A stretch of 64,000 nt of DNA from positions 31,882 to 95,881 of the forward strand of contig JAKAEA010000002.1 of the NCBI GenBank assembly GCA_021818465.1, read 5' to 3'. Made by a program: the position numbers and the translations under genes. Below the pieces are notes generated by a model. It saw only the letters and a program-made list of their open reading frames with translations. It did not search any database and was not told the DNA's origin. Of this stretch, positions 50,154 to 59,439 are shown one piece after another (positions within the stretch are counted from its first letter, which is position 1; every line of letters begins with the position of its first letter). Origin of the DNA: a bacterium. Its GTDB lineage: Bacteria > Patescibacteriota > Minisyncoccia > Phycocordibacterales > JAKAEA01.

Positions 50154-51302
50154 TTATGTTATTTGAGCCAACACGCGTTCGTGAGCGACGAGCACATCTT
50201 TCCACGTCCAGTGTGGCATACATTTTCGTAAACTCGCTGCAAATGCTTGGTACTCGATCGGATCAAGCAAGCGATTAAGTTTCTCGGCTATATCATCCAC
50301 AGATGCTGGATTGATTTTTAAAAAGTCACTGGAGGCAAAAGGCAAGTAATTTTCTTGTGTTATTAAACAAGGAATATCGGCGGCCACACATTCGTACATT
50401 TGGTGTGGTGAAATATCTGTCCAACTTGGTATGACCACAAGGTAGCAGGCACGAATTTTTTGATACAGTTGCGTCTGCGATTGCGCCGGTAAAAAACGGA
50501 CGCGTGATTGTAGACCAAGTGTGTCTACTAATTGTCGTAGTCGCCCTTCCTCCGGCCCTTCGCCGATAATCGTAAGTATAAATGATGTGTCGCGCAAGCG
50601 CGCGAAGGCTCGCACAAGCGAGTCTATGTTTTTCATAATAATTAATCGACCAGCAAAAACGATTTCATGCTGGCGATTTTCTAACGCAATCGGTGCAGTG
50701 GCGGCTGCAACATCATGGTTCGGTGCAACGTTATAAATAGTTTGTGTACGCAGTGCGGGTAATTTGTAATATGTCTCAAACAAGAGTCGCTGCTCGTTTG
50801 AATTAAAAATGACCATTCGTGCCCCGCGCAGCACCCAGCCAATCAGAATAAATAAATGTTGATACTCACGATATATTCCCCGTTCATAAAACGACTTGAG
50901 TGTCATCGGTGGTCGACCTTGTGAAAGATATTTTTCCCAAATATAGCCACCACCAACGCGTACGATGTACGGTATACCGCGTAGTCGGCACACCGCCGCC
51001 GCTGGCACACCCGCTGAAAACCAATCCAATAAATACACGCTATCTGGTCGGCTCGCGCGACCTGTCAAACGCCACAGTTGCCAAAAGTAACGGGCATAAT
51101 TAGAAAGTTTATTACGCCGACGTTTAACTCGAACTATAGGAAATGAAAAATTAGTACCATCAGCATCAGTCAACACTGGTGCATAGGTTACCAGCGTCAC
51201 ATGATGTCCGGCCGCCATGAGACGTTCACCAATCTCCGCAGCAAATGTCGCCGGTCCGCCAAGCTCTGGTTTAAAAATACCCGTGGCTATAATAATTTTC
51301 AC
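50154..51302 (-). CDS. Glycosyltransferase family 4
   Basis: GT-B fold, FAGRLIIMKNIDSLVRAFARL...IPSWTDISPHQMYECVAADIPCLI. Confidence 0.75.
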   Translation of the reverse strand: MKIIIATGIFKPELGGPATFAAEIGERLMAAGHHVTLVTYAPVLTDADGTNFSFPIVRVKRRRNKLSNYARYFWQLWRLTGRASRPDSVYLLDWFSAGVPAAAVCRLRGIPYIVRVGGGYIWEKYLSQGRPPMTLKSFYERGIYREYQHLFILIGWVLRGARMVIFNSNEQRLLFETYYKLPALRTQTIYNVAPNHDVAAATAPIALENRQHEIVFAGRLIIMKNIDSLVRAFARLRDTSFILTIIGEGPEEGRLRQLVDTLGLQSRVRFLPAQSQTQLYQKIRACYLVVIPSWTDISPHQMYECVAADIPCLITQENYLPFASSDFLKINPASVDDIAEKLNRLLDPIEYQAFAASLRKCMPHWTWKDVLVAHERVLAQIT

Positions 51303-51345
51303 GCTTTAACTATAGCGTTTTTACCAATAAGAGCAAATAAAATTT

Positions 51346-52479
51346 TCAACAAAAAAATGTCGTATCCATCCTCTCGGCAAGCAGGTCCCAATCATACGCC
51401 ACAACCAGCTTCTTGCCGTTTGCAATCAGTGTCGCCTGTAGCGTAGCGTCATGCATTATTTTTTGTACTGCCGTAGCAATACTGTGAGGATTATGCGGCT
51501 GACAAAAAACACCAGTTTCTCCATCATGCAAAAAATCAGGAATGCCCCCAACCGGCGTACCCACAATCGGCACACCCGCAGCCATTGCTTCAATAAAAAC
51601 ATTACCCATCCCCTCTGAACGTGAGGGGCGAATAAAAATATCGCTGGCCGAAAGCCACACGGGCAGCTCACCATGAGGCACCTGCCCAGCAAAAAAAACT
51701 CTAGTAGATAGACCGAGAGCGACCGTCTGTTCGCGTAATTTTTTTTCTAACACACCCGTACCAAGTATATAGAGGCCAACATGTTCAGGTAGTATAGCGA
51801 GAGCGCGTAGAATGTCTTCTGTGCCATTCTTTTCTACTAATCGGGAAACCGTGATGAGACGCACGGTCACGTGCGGCAACTGTTGAAGAATTTTTTGTTG
51901 TTCGATGTGCGCGATAGTGGCACCGAATTTTTTTACATCAACACCATTAGGAATAATTTCTATTGGTGCTCGTGCCCCCATATCGTGCGCAAAATGTCGT
52001 AGATATGAAGAAATTGCCTGAATTCGATGGGCCTGGCGAAAAATTTGCGTGAAGAGTGGCCACACAATCATCGCTCGATGTTTGGGTCGCTCGAGCGGAT
52101 CTCCTTCCTGAAGCGACAAAAAATACGGCACCTGAGGATACAACATTTTAAAAAAAATAGCAGCAAAACCACTGAAACTAGCCATAATACTCCACGTTGC
52201 CGTAAAAGACTTTTTTGTATGCAGTCGGCGCGCCAGATACAGTGCGGCAAATGGATATAGTATTTTATAGAAATACCCCCGCCCACCAAGTCGGTGTACA
52301 CGCACCGCCCCCACCACTTCGTCTCTCGACTCACGACCAGTAAGATTAATGGTGATCATCTCAAATTCATACCCACGTCGCGCCAGACGATCGGTAATTT
52401 CTTTAACAGCAATTTCCGCCCCGCCCACCCACGGCAAGTACGCAGTAGAAAAAATAAGAATTCGTTTATTCGCCACCAT
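51346..52479 (-). CDS. Glycosyltransferase family 4
   Basis: LPWVGGAEIAVKEITDRLARRGYE; C-terminal RPSRSEGMGNVFIEAMAAGVPIVGTPVGG. Internal Met at about 52479 is the likely start; the track ORF runs to 52551. Confidence 0.8.
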   Translation of the reverse strand: MVANKRILIFSTAYLPWVGGAEIAVKEITDRLARRGYEFEMITINLTGRESRDEVVGAVRVHRLGGRGYFYKILYPFAALYLARRLHTKKSFTATWSIMASFSGFAAIFFKMLYPQVPYFLSLQEGDPLERPKHRAMIVWPLFTQIFRQAHRIQAISSYLRHFAHDMGARAPIEIIPNGVDVKKFGATIAHIEQQKILQQLPHVTVRLITVSRLVEKNGTEDILRALAILPEHVGLYILGTGVLEKKLREQTVALGLSTRVFFAGQVPHGELPVWLSASDIFIRPSRSEGMGNVFIEAMAAGVPIVGTPVGGIPDFLHDGETGVFCQPHNPHSIATAVQKIMHDATLQATLIANGKKLVVAYDWDLLAERMDTTFFC

Positions 52480-54256
52480 TGAGAATATTGCGCAACACTG
52501 ATTCCGGCACTTCTTGTGTCTCGTGTACTGGGCGTGTATTTTTTTCGGCAACTGTAGCAGGTGTGTCAGATTTTTTTTCTTCTTTTTTAGGCGCCGCGAC
52601 AGATGTGGGGACGGCTCGTGACAGTGCTGATGCCGTTGACTGTTTTTCTTTTACTGCTGCTTCAATTGCGTTTCGTAACGCATTTTTATTTTCTGTCGAT
52701 AGCGTTTTTGTAGTAGCATTCGACGTGAAAGGATGCGGCGTCGGGGAACTAGGGCGAGGCTGTGACGGTGGTACCACAGGTGGTTGATGCGGTTTGACCT
52801 GCTGCTGTGGCCGCGCACCATCTGCCGCCGGTCGCTCAAATTTTCTATCACGTGAGCCACGGTTTTCCTGAGAAGAACCAATACCATTTTGCTGCTGACG
52901 GGAACTTGGTGGCGACACTATTGGCGCATGCCAATCGCGAATTATTTTCTCAACATCTGCGCGCGGCCGAGCAAAAAATTCTCGCGAAAAGGTAATCACA
53001 TCTTCCTTGAAAGAGACCGTGGGCGCATCAATGGGTGGCAAGGTGCGTGCCGAAAATGGCTGCGATGTGACACCATCAATCATCAACTTTAAATAAATCT
53101 GTACGAATCCCAAATTCACCAAATCCTCCTTAGTAAAAGTGGGGAAAAATTCTTTCTCCAGTACCTCGGCATCGTAGGCACCAACACGAAACACAATCAT
53201 GGTGCCCACGTTGCCAAACACAGCCGCTCGCACCTCTTCACTCATTTGCTCAATATACTGATGGGCAATCGTGAGATTGAGTTTGTATTTGCGGGCTTCT
53301 GAAAGAATATCAGCGAATGACTCATTGGCGAACGATTGAAATTCATCCACATACAAATAGAAATTCGGCAATGCTTTTTGCGAAGCGCCAGACACGTCAG
53401 CACGCGACATTGCCGCCAAATAAATTTTGGTAATAATCATTGAGCCAAGCAAGTTGGCATTCATTTCCCCCACTCGCCCCTTAGATAGGTTAATAATAAT
53501 AATTTTTCGCTCATCCATCATTGCGCGTAAATCAAATGTGGACTTTGATTGACCGATAATGTTGCGTACCAGCGGATTAGACACAAATTGACCGACTTTA
53601 TTCTGAATTGCCGCAGTTGCATCGGTAGCAAGTCGGTCGTTATATTTAGCAAATTCATCTGTCCAAAATGCTTTTACCGAAGGATCGGTAACCTTTTCCA
53701 CCACTTTATTTCTATAAGCCTTGTCAGCAAACATTCTGTTAACGCCCAAAATAGTCGCGCCAGGATATTCCAAAAGAGCCAGGAGTGCATTGTTGAGAAT
53801 GTATTCCATGCGCGCACTCCATGCATCCACCCAAATTTTCTTAAACGCACTCATAAGACCACTCACCACCAAGTGGCGCTTATCAAAACCAACATCTTCC
53901 ATAACGTTAAAAGCGATCGGATATTCCAGATCAAATGGCGCGAAATAGAGCACATCCTTCATCCGCTCCGGCGGAATGTAATCAAGCAGAAGTTCAGCTG
54001 TTTTACCGTGCGGATCAATAAAAGCCAATCCTTCACCAGCAGCAATATCTTGAATGGCCATATTTTCTAATACCGTCGACTTACCCATACCGGTTTTGCC
54101 GATGATGTAGGTATGACGTGAACGATCATCGCTCTTAATGCCAAAAGGGATACGCTGACCACGGCTATCTGTTTCAGCAAAATAGGTTATCCGATTACCA
54201 TTAATAACTGGCGGCGTCTTTTTATTTTCATGGTTACGAGGAGGCATACGATACAA
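52466..54256 (-). CDS. TraG/TraD/VirD4-family or HerA/FtsK-like P-loop ATPase (type-IV-secretion-coupling-protein-like), soluble, with Pro/Gln-rich disordered C-terminal tail
   Basis: Walker A YIIGKTGMGKST; downstream hydrophobic-DE Walker B (LYVDEF); about 430-aa ATPase core followed by about 160 aa of low-complexity P/Q/S tail. No TM helices and no other T4SS genes nearby. Confidence 0.55.
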   Translation of the reverse strand: MYRMPPRNHENKKTPPVINGNRITYFAETDSRGQRIPFGIKSDDRSRHTYIIGKTGMGKSTVLENMAIQDIAAGEGLAFIDPHGKTAELLLDYIPPERMKDVLYFAPFDLEYPIAFNVMEDVGFDKRHLVVSGLMSAFKKIWVDAWSARMEYILNNALLALLEYPGATILGVNRMFADKAYRNKVVEKVTDPSVKAFWTDEFAKYNDRLATDATAAIQNKVGQFVSNPLVRNIIGQSKSTFDLRAMMDERKIIIINLSKGRVGEMNANLLGSMIITKIYLAAMSRADVSGASQKALPNFYLYVDEFQSFANESFADILSEARKYKLNLTIAHQYIEQMSEEVRAAVFGNVGTMIVFRVGAYDAEVLEKEFFPTFTKEDLVNLGFVQIYLKLMIDGVTSQPFSARTLPPIDAPTVSFKEDVITFSREFFARPRADVEKIIRDWHAPIVSPPSSRQQQNGIGSSQENRGSRDRKFERPAADGARPQQQVKPHQPPVVPPSQPRPSSPTPHPFTSNATTKTLSTENKNALRNAIEAAVKEKQSTASALSRAVPTSVAAPKKEEKKSDTPATVAEKNTRPVHETQEVPESVLRNILNGGE

Positions 54257-54353
54257 AAAATTATACTATAAAATTCGTTGTTTTAGAAGGTGCTGTGACA
54301 CATTGCATACGGCGGTCAAAAGAAGTACTCTATAGACATACTTACCCATACTA

Positions 54354-55502
54354 TTGTACACGCATATGGCTCTTGAAACATATCAACAAGAACAAGAACG
54401 ACACAGTACCCCAGCTCAACCCGCACAGCCGGTAGAAAACCTATATAGTCTGAAAACTGTACTACGCAATCCTGAACTGAATACTCTTTTTAGTAAATAT
54501 ATATCATTACAAAACGATGATGCGCACAAAAAAATATTCGCGCATTTACATTCTGAAAACCCCAATCTTTCAAACGATGAAATGGATGTTTTGAAACAAT
54601 TAGAGGATGGATTTTCAAAACACATGCGCGCCGTTGATACTTTCAAACAACAACTAACCCCAAAAATAATTACTGAAATGGGTCGAGATCCTCGTTTCAA
54701 AGAACTGATTCAACGACTCGGGGGCGAATCGGAAACAAAGAATTTTTTTACCAAAAACGTAGCCGAATGGAGTGTAAAAGAACCTTCTCTTCTTAATGCT
54801 ATTACTCAGAGCATAACCGAGCTTCAAGCTTACGAAAACGGTGAATTAAAAACGCTTAACGATGAAATTGTGAAGCGCTGTAAAGAAGAAAAAATCAACG
54901 TTAATGCATATATGAGAGTTATGGCAATTAAAGATGACGCTGAACGACAAGAAGCTTTAAAAAATTTTATGAGAAATGTGCAAGGAGAACGGGGCTTGGT
55001 TAAAAAAGGCCTTGATTGGCTACGGGGAGAATCTTCAAAAGATATATTGAAACGTTTATTAGAACCTGGTGCCAGAAAAGAAGATATCGATGATCATTTA
55101 AGAGAACTTCAACAACGCAAACAATCTTTAGGCCAGATACTTGCAGCAAGTATTGAAAACAACCAAACTGTCCGTACATCATTTGTGCGAGATATATTGG
55201 GAACATCTCTTGTACAAGAACCAGGAATGAAAGAAGCTGCACAAAAAATTCGTGAAGCTGCACAGATTAACAATAACGATTTGCAGCGCTTTTGGAGAGA
55301 GAAAAAAATAGAAATAATAAAACAACAAGGGAAAGGGGCTTGGAGTCAAATTCCCAAGAACGAACAAGAGCAAATACGAAAAGAATTTATTCAGGATATT
55401 TTTGAAAAACAAAAAGCAAAAATCCAAAAACCAGGTTGGTTTGATATTTTGGAATATTTATTTGATATGTTTTTTACTATTGATAAAAATTCACTACAAT
55501 AA
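54354..55502 (+). CDS. Hypothetical Lys/Glu-rich alpha-helical protein (382 aa), AT-rich codon usage
   Basis: Long ORF with strongly charged helical composition and no recognisable motif. Divergent from the ATPase gene; stop overlaps the next ORF start. Confidence 0.5.
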   Translation: MYTHMALETYQQEQERHSTPAQPAQPVENLYSLKTVLRNPELNTLFSKYISLQNDDAHKKIFAHLHSENPNLSNDEMDVLKQLEDGFSKHMRAVDTFKQQLTPKIITEMGRDPRFKELIQRLGGESETKNFFTKNVAEWSVKEPSLLNAITQSITELQAYENGELKTLNDEIVKRCKEEKINVNAYMRVMAIKDDAERQEALKNFMRNVQGERGLVKKGLDWLRGESSKDILKRLLEPGARKEDIDDHLRELQQRKQSLGQILAASIENNQTVRTSFVRDILGTSLVQEPGMKEAAQKIREAAQINNNDLQRFWREKKIEIIKQQGKGAWSQIPKNEQEQIRKEFIQDIFEKQKAKIQKPGWFDILEYLFDMFFTIDKNSLQ

Positions 55503-55504
55503 CC

Positions 55505-55792
55505 ATGAACCAATCTTTACAAGAACAGTTTTTAAAAATTATAGAAACCGGTGATGAAGAAGCGGCTGAGAAATTTCTGATTGCGCACATACAGGAATTT
55601 TCAGAACCATTGCAAAAGAAAATCGCTTTTGCTTTTCTAGAAAAAACTGTACGCAAACAAACTACTGAAACCGAAGCTATTATAGATTTTCAAAAACAAG
55701 CACTGGCAGCATTTGATGACATAGAAAAAGAAGAGCGCATACTTACTGACAAAAAGAAAGAACTAGAGACCAGGGAGCAACTGGGGTTGTAA
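55505..55792 (+). CDS. Hypothetical small helical protein (95 aa)
   Basis: Start 3 nt after the upstream stop (translational coupling) with similar composition. Confidence 0.4.
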   Translation: MNQSLQEQFLKIIETGDEEAAEKFLIAHIQEFSEPLQKKIAFAFLEKTVRKQTTETEAIIDFQKQALAAFDDIEKEERILTDKKKELETREQLGL

Positions 55793-55812
55793 TTTTTCTA
55801 ATAACGCATATT

Positions 55813-57165
55813 CTAGTTCCCCGTCAAAAGCTGTTTCGTAGCAGTGTAGGCATTGCTCGGATCCCAAATGATCCAGCTACTGAGGCCCACGTCTTGAATC
55901 GCCCGCATTTCGTCGGCAATCATGGCAGGAGTATATGAAATTCCATGAAGAGTGAAGTCTTGAATCCACGGGCGCAATTCTGAAGGACTCGTCCGACGAC
56001 GATCAGCTAGCGGAATAGCTAGAATACTAGCAATAACGCCCGCAGTGCGAGGCACACCATAGGACGTAGTGGTAGCAACACTCCCTTGAGCCAAACGCGT
56101 GGCACGATACACCGCTGAACTCATTGCTTCTTGCACAACTTGATAGGGATATTTGTCCGGCGGCGTAAAACCACCCCACCCATTTACGAAATGTGATGGA
56201 TATACTTCTGGATCAACATAATCAAAATATGGCAGAGCATCTTCCAACACTTCGCCAATACCCATATCGCCAGACGTTGTCGTTGTCTGACCAAAAAGAT
56301 CTTGCGATATTTTTAAACCCGGACCAGAGTGACTTGTAGGGCCGCGGTAATCGTGTAAATTTTTATACAAATATTGATACACCCGAGTTAACACCACTGG
56401 CGCCGGTGTTGATCCGCTTGCTGGAAATACCGCATCGGCCACGTCACCATCTGAAGGAAATCTCATATAATCAAAATTGACTTCGTCGAAACCTCGAGCA
56501 TAAGCTTCTTGGGCAATGTGTACGAAATAATTCCAGTCGCCTGTAGCGGCTGGATCAATCCACATATTTCCATGTGCATCTTTCCAAGGAGTACCGATGA
56601 GATTAGCTGGTGTACGAATGCGTTTTCCCGCAACGTTCATCATATATTTGCCATACTGAACTGCCCACGCTGGATGTTTCTGTGCCATAAGCGGATCTTC
56701 AAACACATTTACACGACCAATAACATACACTCCGGCGGCATGTAATTGAGCAATCAGTGCATCGATATTTGAAATGCGATTTTGATATGTATGGAGCGCC
56801 CGCAGCGTTGGATCATTGGGGACAAATGAAAGGTATCCGGTTTCGTCTTTGATATCAATAACTACTGCATTAAGTTTAGTTGATTCAATTAGTGAAAAGA
56901 GTGGTGCACGCAAACGTGGTGTACCTGCCACCCAACTAGTAAGATATAGTGCCCTAATAGAAGCCGGCGCCGAAATATGATTGGTTGTAGACGACACTTC
57001 TTCGGTTGTTGGCAACGTCGAAACCGACACTGCACTCGATACAGGAGAGACCTTACTACTGTACACCACCTGATTAATTCCTGGTAAAAAACTGCCGGCA
57101 ATACCACACGCTACAATAACCATAACGAGCGCGCCAACACTACGCAGCCGGCCTGTACGTTTCAT
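55813..57165 (-). CDS. Membrane-anchored putative glycoside-hydrolase-like TIM-barrel protein (GHL/DUF4015-like)
   Basis: N-terminal TM anchor and S/T linker, then ALYLTSW...LNAVVIDIKDETGYLSF...GVYVIGRVNVFEDP and FDEVNFDYMRFP motifs reminiscent of GH-like TIM barrels. Assignment is tentative. Confidence 0.45.
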   Translation of the reverse strand: MKRTGRLRSVGALVMVIVACGIAGSFLPGINQVVYSSKVSPVSSAVSVSTLPTTEEVSSTTNHISAPASIRALYLTSWVAGTPRLRAPLFSLIESTKLNAVVIDIKDETGYLSFVPNDPTLRALHTYQNRISNIDALIAQLHAAGVYVIGRVNVFEDPLMAQKHPAWAVQYGKYMMNVAGKRIRTPANLIGTPWKDAHGNMWIDPAATGDWNYFVHIAQEAYARGFDEVNFDYMRFPSDGDVADAVFPASGSTPAPVVLTRVYQYLYKNLHDYRGPTSHSGPGLKISQDLFGQTTTTSGDMGIGEVLEDALPYFDYVDPEVYPSHFVNGWGGFTPPDKYPYQVVQEAMSSAVYRATRLAQGSVATTTSYGVPRTAGVIASILAIPLADRRRTSPSELRPWIQDFTLHGISYTPAMIADEMRAIQDVGLSSWIIWDPSNAYTATKQLLTGN

Positions 57166-57168
57166 GGT

Positions 57169-57393
57169 TTAAGATATAGAAGCATCTTCTGCGGTCTTTT
57201 TTTGAGACTCACGTTGTGCCCGCGGTCGCTGTGGTGCATGAGCGCGAATATACGAAATAAATACCCCGACAGCTAATGCAAAACCTGAAAGTATATAGAA
57301 AATATTTTTCCATACTTGCGGAAAACCGAGAACAGGAAAAGGCATGGCTATAAGCACAAGACCCAAAATAAAAAGTGCAGTACGCGGTGACAT
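57169..57393 (-). CDS. Small membrane protein (2 TM, 74 aa), hypothetical
   Basis: Two hydrophobic helices and a basic C-terminal tail; tightly packed between the DedA and GH-like genes. Confidence 0.4.
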   Translation of the reverse strand: MSPRTALFILGLVLIAMPFPVLGFPQVWKNIFYILSGFALAVGVFISYIRAHAPQRPRAQRESQKKTAEDASIS

Positions 57394-57413
57394 ATGTTGT
57401 ATCTTAAGTATAG

Positions 57414-58088
57414 TTATTTTTTACGCTCGAGCAAGTTGGTAATAAAAAGCGGAATGAGTACAGCCGAACCAACAAGAAACAGAGCCAGTACTATTTCCCT
57501 GATTGATTTTGCAAGCACCAGCAATTCAAAAATTTGATCATGAAAAAACCAACCAATGCCGATAATTATAGGTATATATATGGCGGCCGAAACAAAAGAA
57601 GCACCAAAAAAAATCCGCCAACGAATTTCAACCAGGCCAGAAATAAGCGGAGAAAGTGCACGTAAGCCAATAATAAAGCGCGAGAAAAAAACCGTTCGAA
57701 ATGGAGCTTGACGCATATGGCGCACATACCAGCCGGCGTGGGTTTTTTCCACCGAAGCATGATATTTTTGGGTAAAACGAGTGCCATGGCCAGCAAGGTA
57801 ATAAATCAAATTATCACCACAGACAGCACCGGCAATACCCGTAAGCGCCACGAGCGGTAAAAACAAAATATGTTCAGCTGCTAAAAAACCGCCAGCAAGT
57901 AATACGAGTTCTTCAGGAACAGGTATGAGATAGCCGCTAAACGCTACTGCCAAAAAAATACCAGCGTACGATAATTGCGCCAAAGACTGTACATTGAAAT
58001 TCGTCAGCGACGGTATATGGACGAGATGTCGCACATAGGAAAAATAATACAGAAACGGTAGTGTGCTAACAAAAAAGTGATGGAACAT
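57414..58088 (-). CDS. DedA-family (VTT/SNARE-associated domain) membrane protein
   Basis: GYLIPVPEELVLLAGGFLAA and FFSRFIIGLRALSPLISG motifs. Confidence 0.8.
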   Translation of the reverse strand: MFHHFFVSTLPFLYYFSYVRHLVHIPSLTNFNVQSLAQLSYAGIFLAVAFSGYLIPVPEELVLLAGGFLAAEHILFLPLVALTGIAGAVCGDNLIYYLAGHGTRFTQKYHASVEKTHAGWYVRHMRQAPFRTVFFSRFIIGLRALSPLISGLVEIRWRIFFGASFVSAAIYIPIIIGIGWFFHDQIFELLVLAKSIREIVLALFLVGSAVLIPLFITNLLERKK

Positions 58089-58092
58089 TGTT

Positions 58093-59439
58093 TTAGTATA
58101 CTAAAGCGTCAGCGAGTTCTGTGCTATTCCCTGCCCCCATCACCACTACAACATCTTTTTCAGAAAGTTCGTGGCTCAGATGACGTTTGGCTTCCGAAAA
58201 ATCGAGACACGCGATTGCTGTAGTGTGTGGCGCCACAGCGATAAGTTTTTCTGCAAGCATATTTGAGGAAATACTTGCGTCTGGAGCTTCACGCGCCGCA
58301 TAAATAGGCGTGAGCACCACTTTGTCGGCCGCGGCTAATGCGTTAATGAAATCCATAAAAAATTGTTTTGTTCGACTATAGAGATGCGGTTGGAATATTA
58401 CCACCAGCCGACGATCAGGGTATAATTCACGCGCGCCAGCTATAGTAGCACTAACTTTTTGTGGATTATGTGCATAATCATCGTAGACAAGTGCGCCACC
58501 TGAAGTGGTTCCCTTATATTGAAAACGGCGCCATGTACCAGGAAAATTTTTTACAGAGTTCTCGATGGTTGCGAATGAAACGCCCAACATCTGTGCCGCC
58601 GTAGCGGCAGCCTGAGCATTGGCATAATTGTGTTTACCGGGAACCATAAGCTTAGGGAGTATACATTGAGTATAATCGACAACGCGGCCACGGGCCGAAG
58701 ACAGTACTGGTCTAATATGTGCATCGTTGGGGTTACATACAATATACCCTTCAGGTGGTATTCGACGCACAAGTTCCGCAAACGTTGCCTGAATATCATC
58801 GATGTCCTTATAAAAATCCAAGTGATCGGCATCAATGTTGGTGATAACCACGAGCCGCGGAGCTAAATGGAGAAACGATTTTCGATACTCATCTGCTTCA
58901 ACGACAAAATAATCACTTGCACCAAGAATAAAATTTACGCCGTGCTGCTCAAATGTTGGTGTTGATATATTTTTCTGTCGCGGATCAAACATAAGTCCCC
59001 CAACTAAAATAGTCGGGTCCACACCAGCCTCAAGAAGAATCGAACCGAGCATCGCTGTTGTGGTGGTTTTGCCATGCGTACCAGCCACAGCAACTGTGTA
59101 TTTTTCTGCAGATATAAGTTCTAACATTTCAGGATATGTTGCAATTGGCATACCTCGCTGACGCGCTTGTACTAATTCTGGATTATCATGGGGAATAGCA
59201 ACGGTGTGTACCACAAGATCACACCCATCAGGAATAATATCTGAAGTATGACCAATGGAAATGTTCGCGCCAGCACGCGTTAAACTTTTTGTAACCGCAG
59301 ACGTCGCACGATCTGAACCACTTATTTTGACACCACGACCCAACAACATACGTGCAATAGCAGACGTACCAATGCCACCAATACCAACGAAATGCACCCG
59401 AGAAAGATGGTTGAAATTAATATGTTTCATTATGCGCAA
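58093..59439 (-). CDS. murC: UDP-N-acetylmuramate--L-alanine ligase
   Basis: VHFVGIGGIGTSAIARML N-terminus and GTHGKTTTTAM P-loop; Mur ligase middle and C-terminal domains. Confidence 0.9.
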   Translation of the reverse strand: MRIMKHINFNHLSRVHFVGIGGIGTSAIARMLLGRGVKISGSDRATSAVTKSLTRAGANISIGHTSDIIPDGCDLVVHTVAIPHDNPELVQARQRGMPIATYPEMLELISAEKYTVAVAGTHGKTTTTAMLGSILLEAGVDPTILVGGLMFDPRQKNISTPTFEQHGVNFILGASDYFVVEADEYRKSFLHLAPRLVVITNIDADHLDFYKDIDDIQATFAELVRRIPPEGYIVCNPNDAHIRPVLSSARGRVVDYTQCILPKLMVPGKHNYANAQAAATAAQMLGVSFATIENSVKNFPGTWRRFQYKGTTSGGALVYDDYAHNPQKVSATIAGARELYPDRRLVVIFQPHLYSRTKQFFMDFINALAAADKVVLTPIYAAREAPDASISSNMLAEKLIAVAPHTTAIACLDFSEAKRHLSHELSEKDVVVVMGAGNSTELADALVY

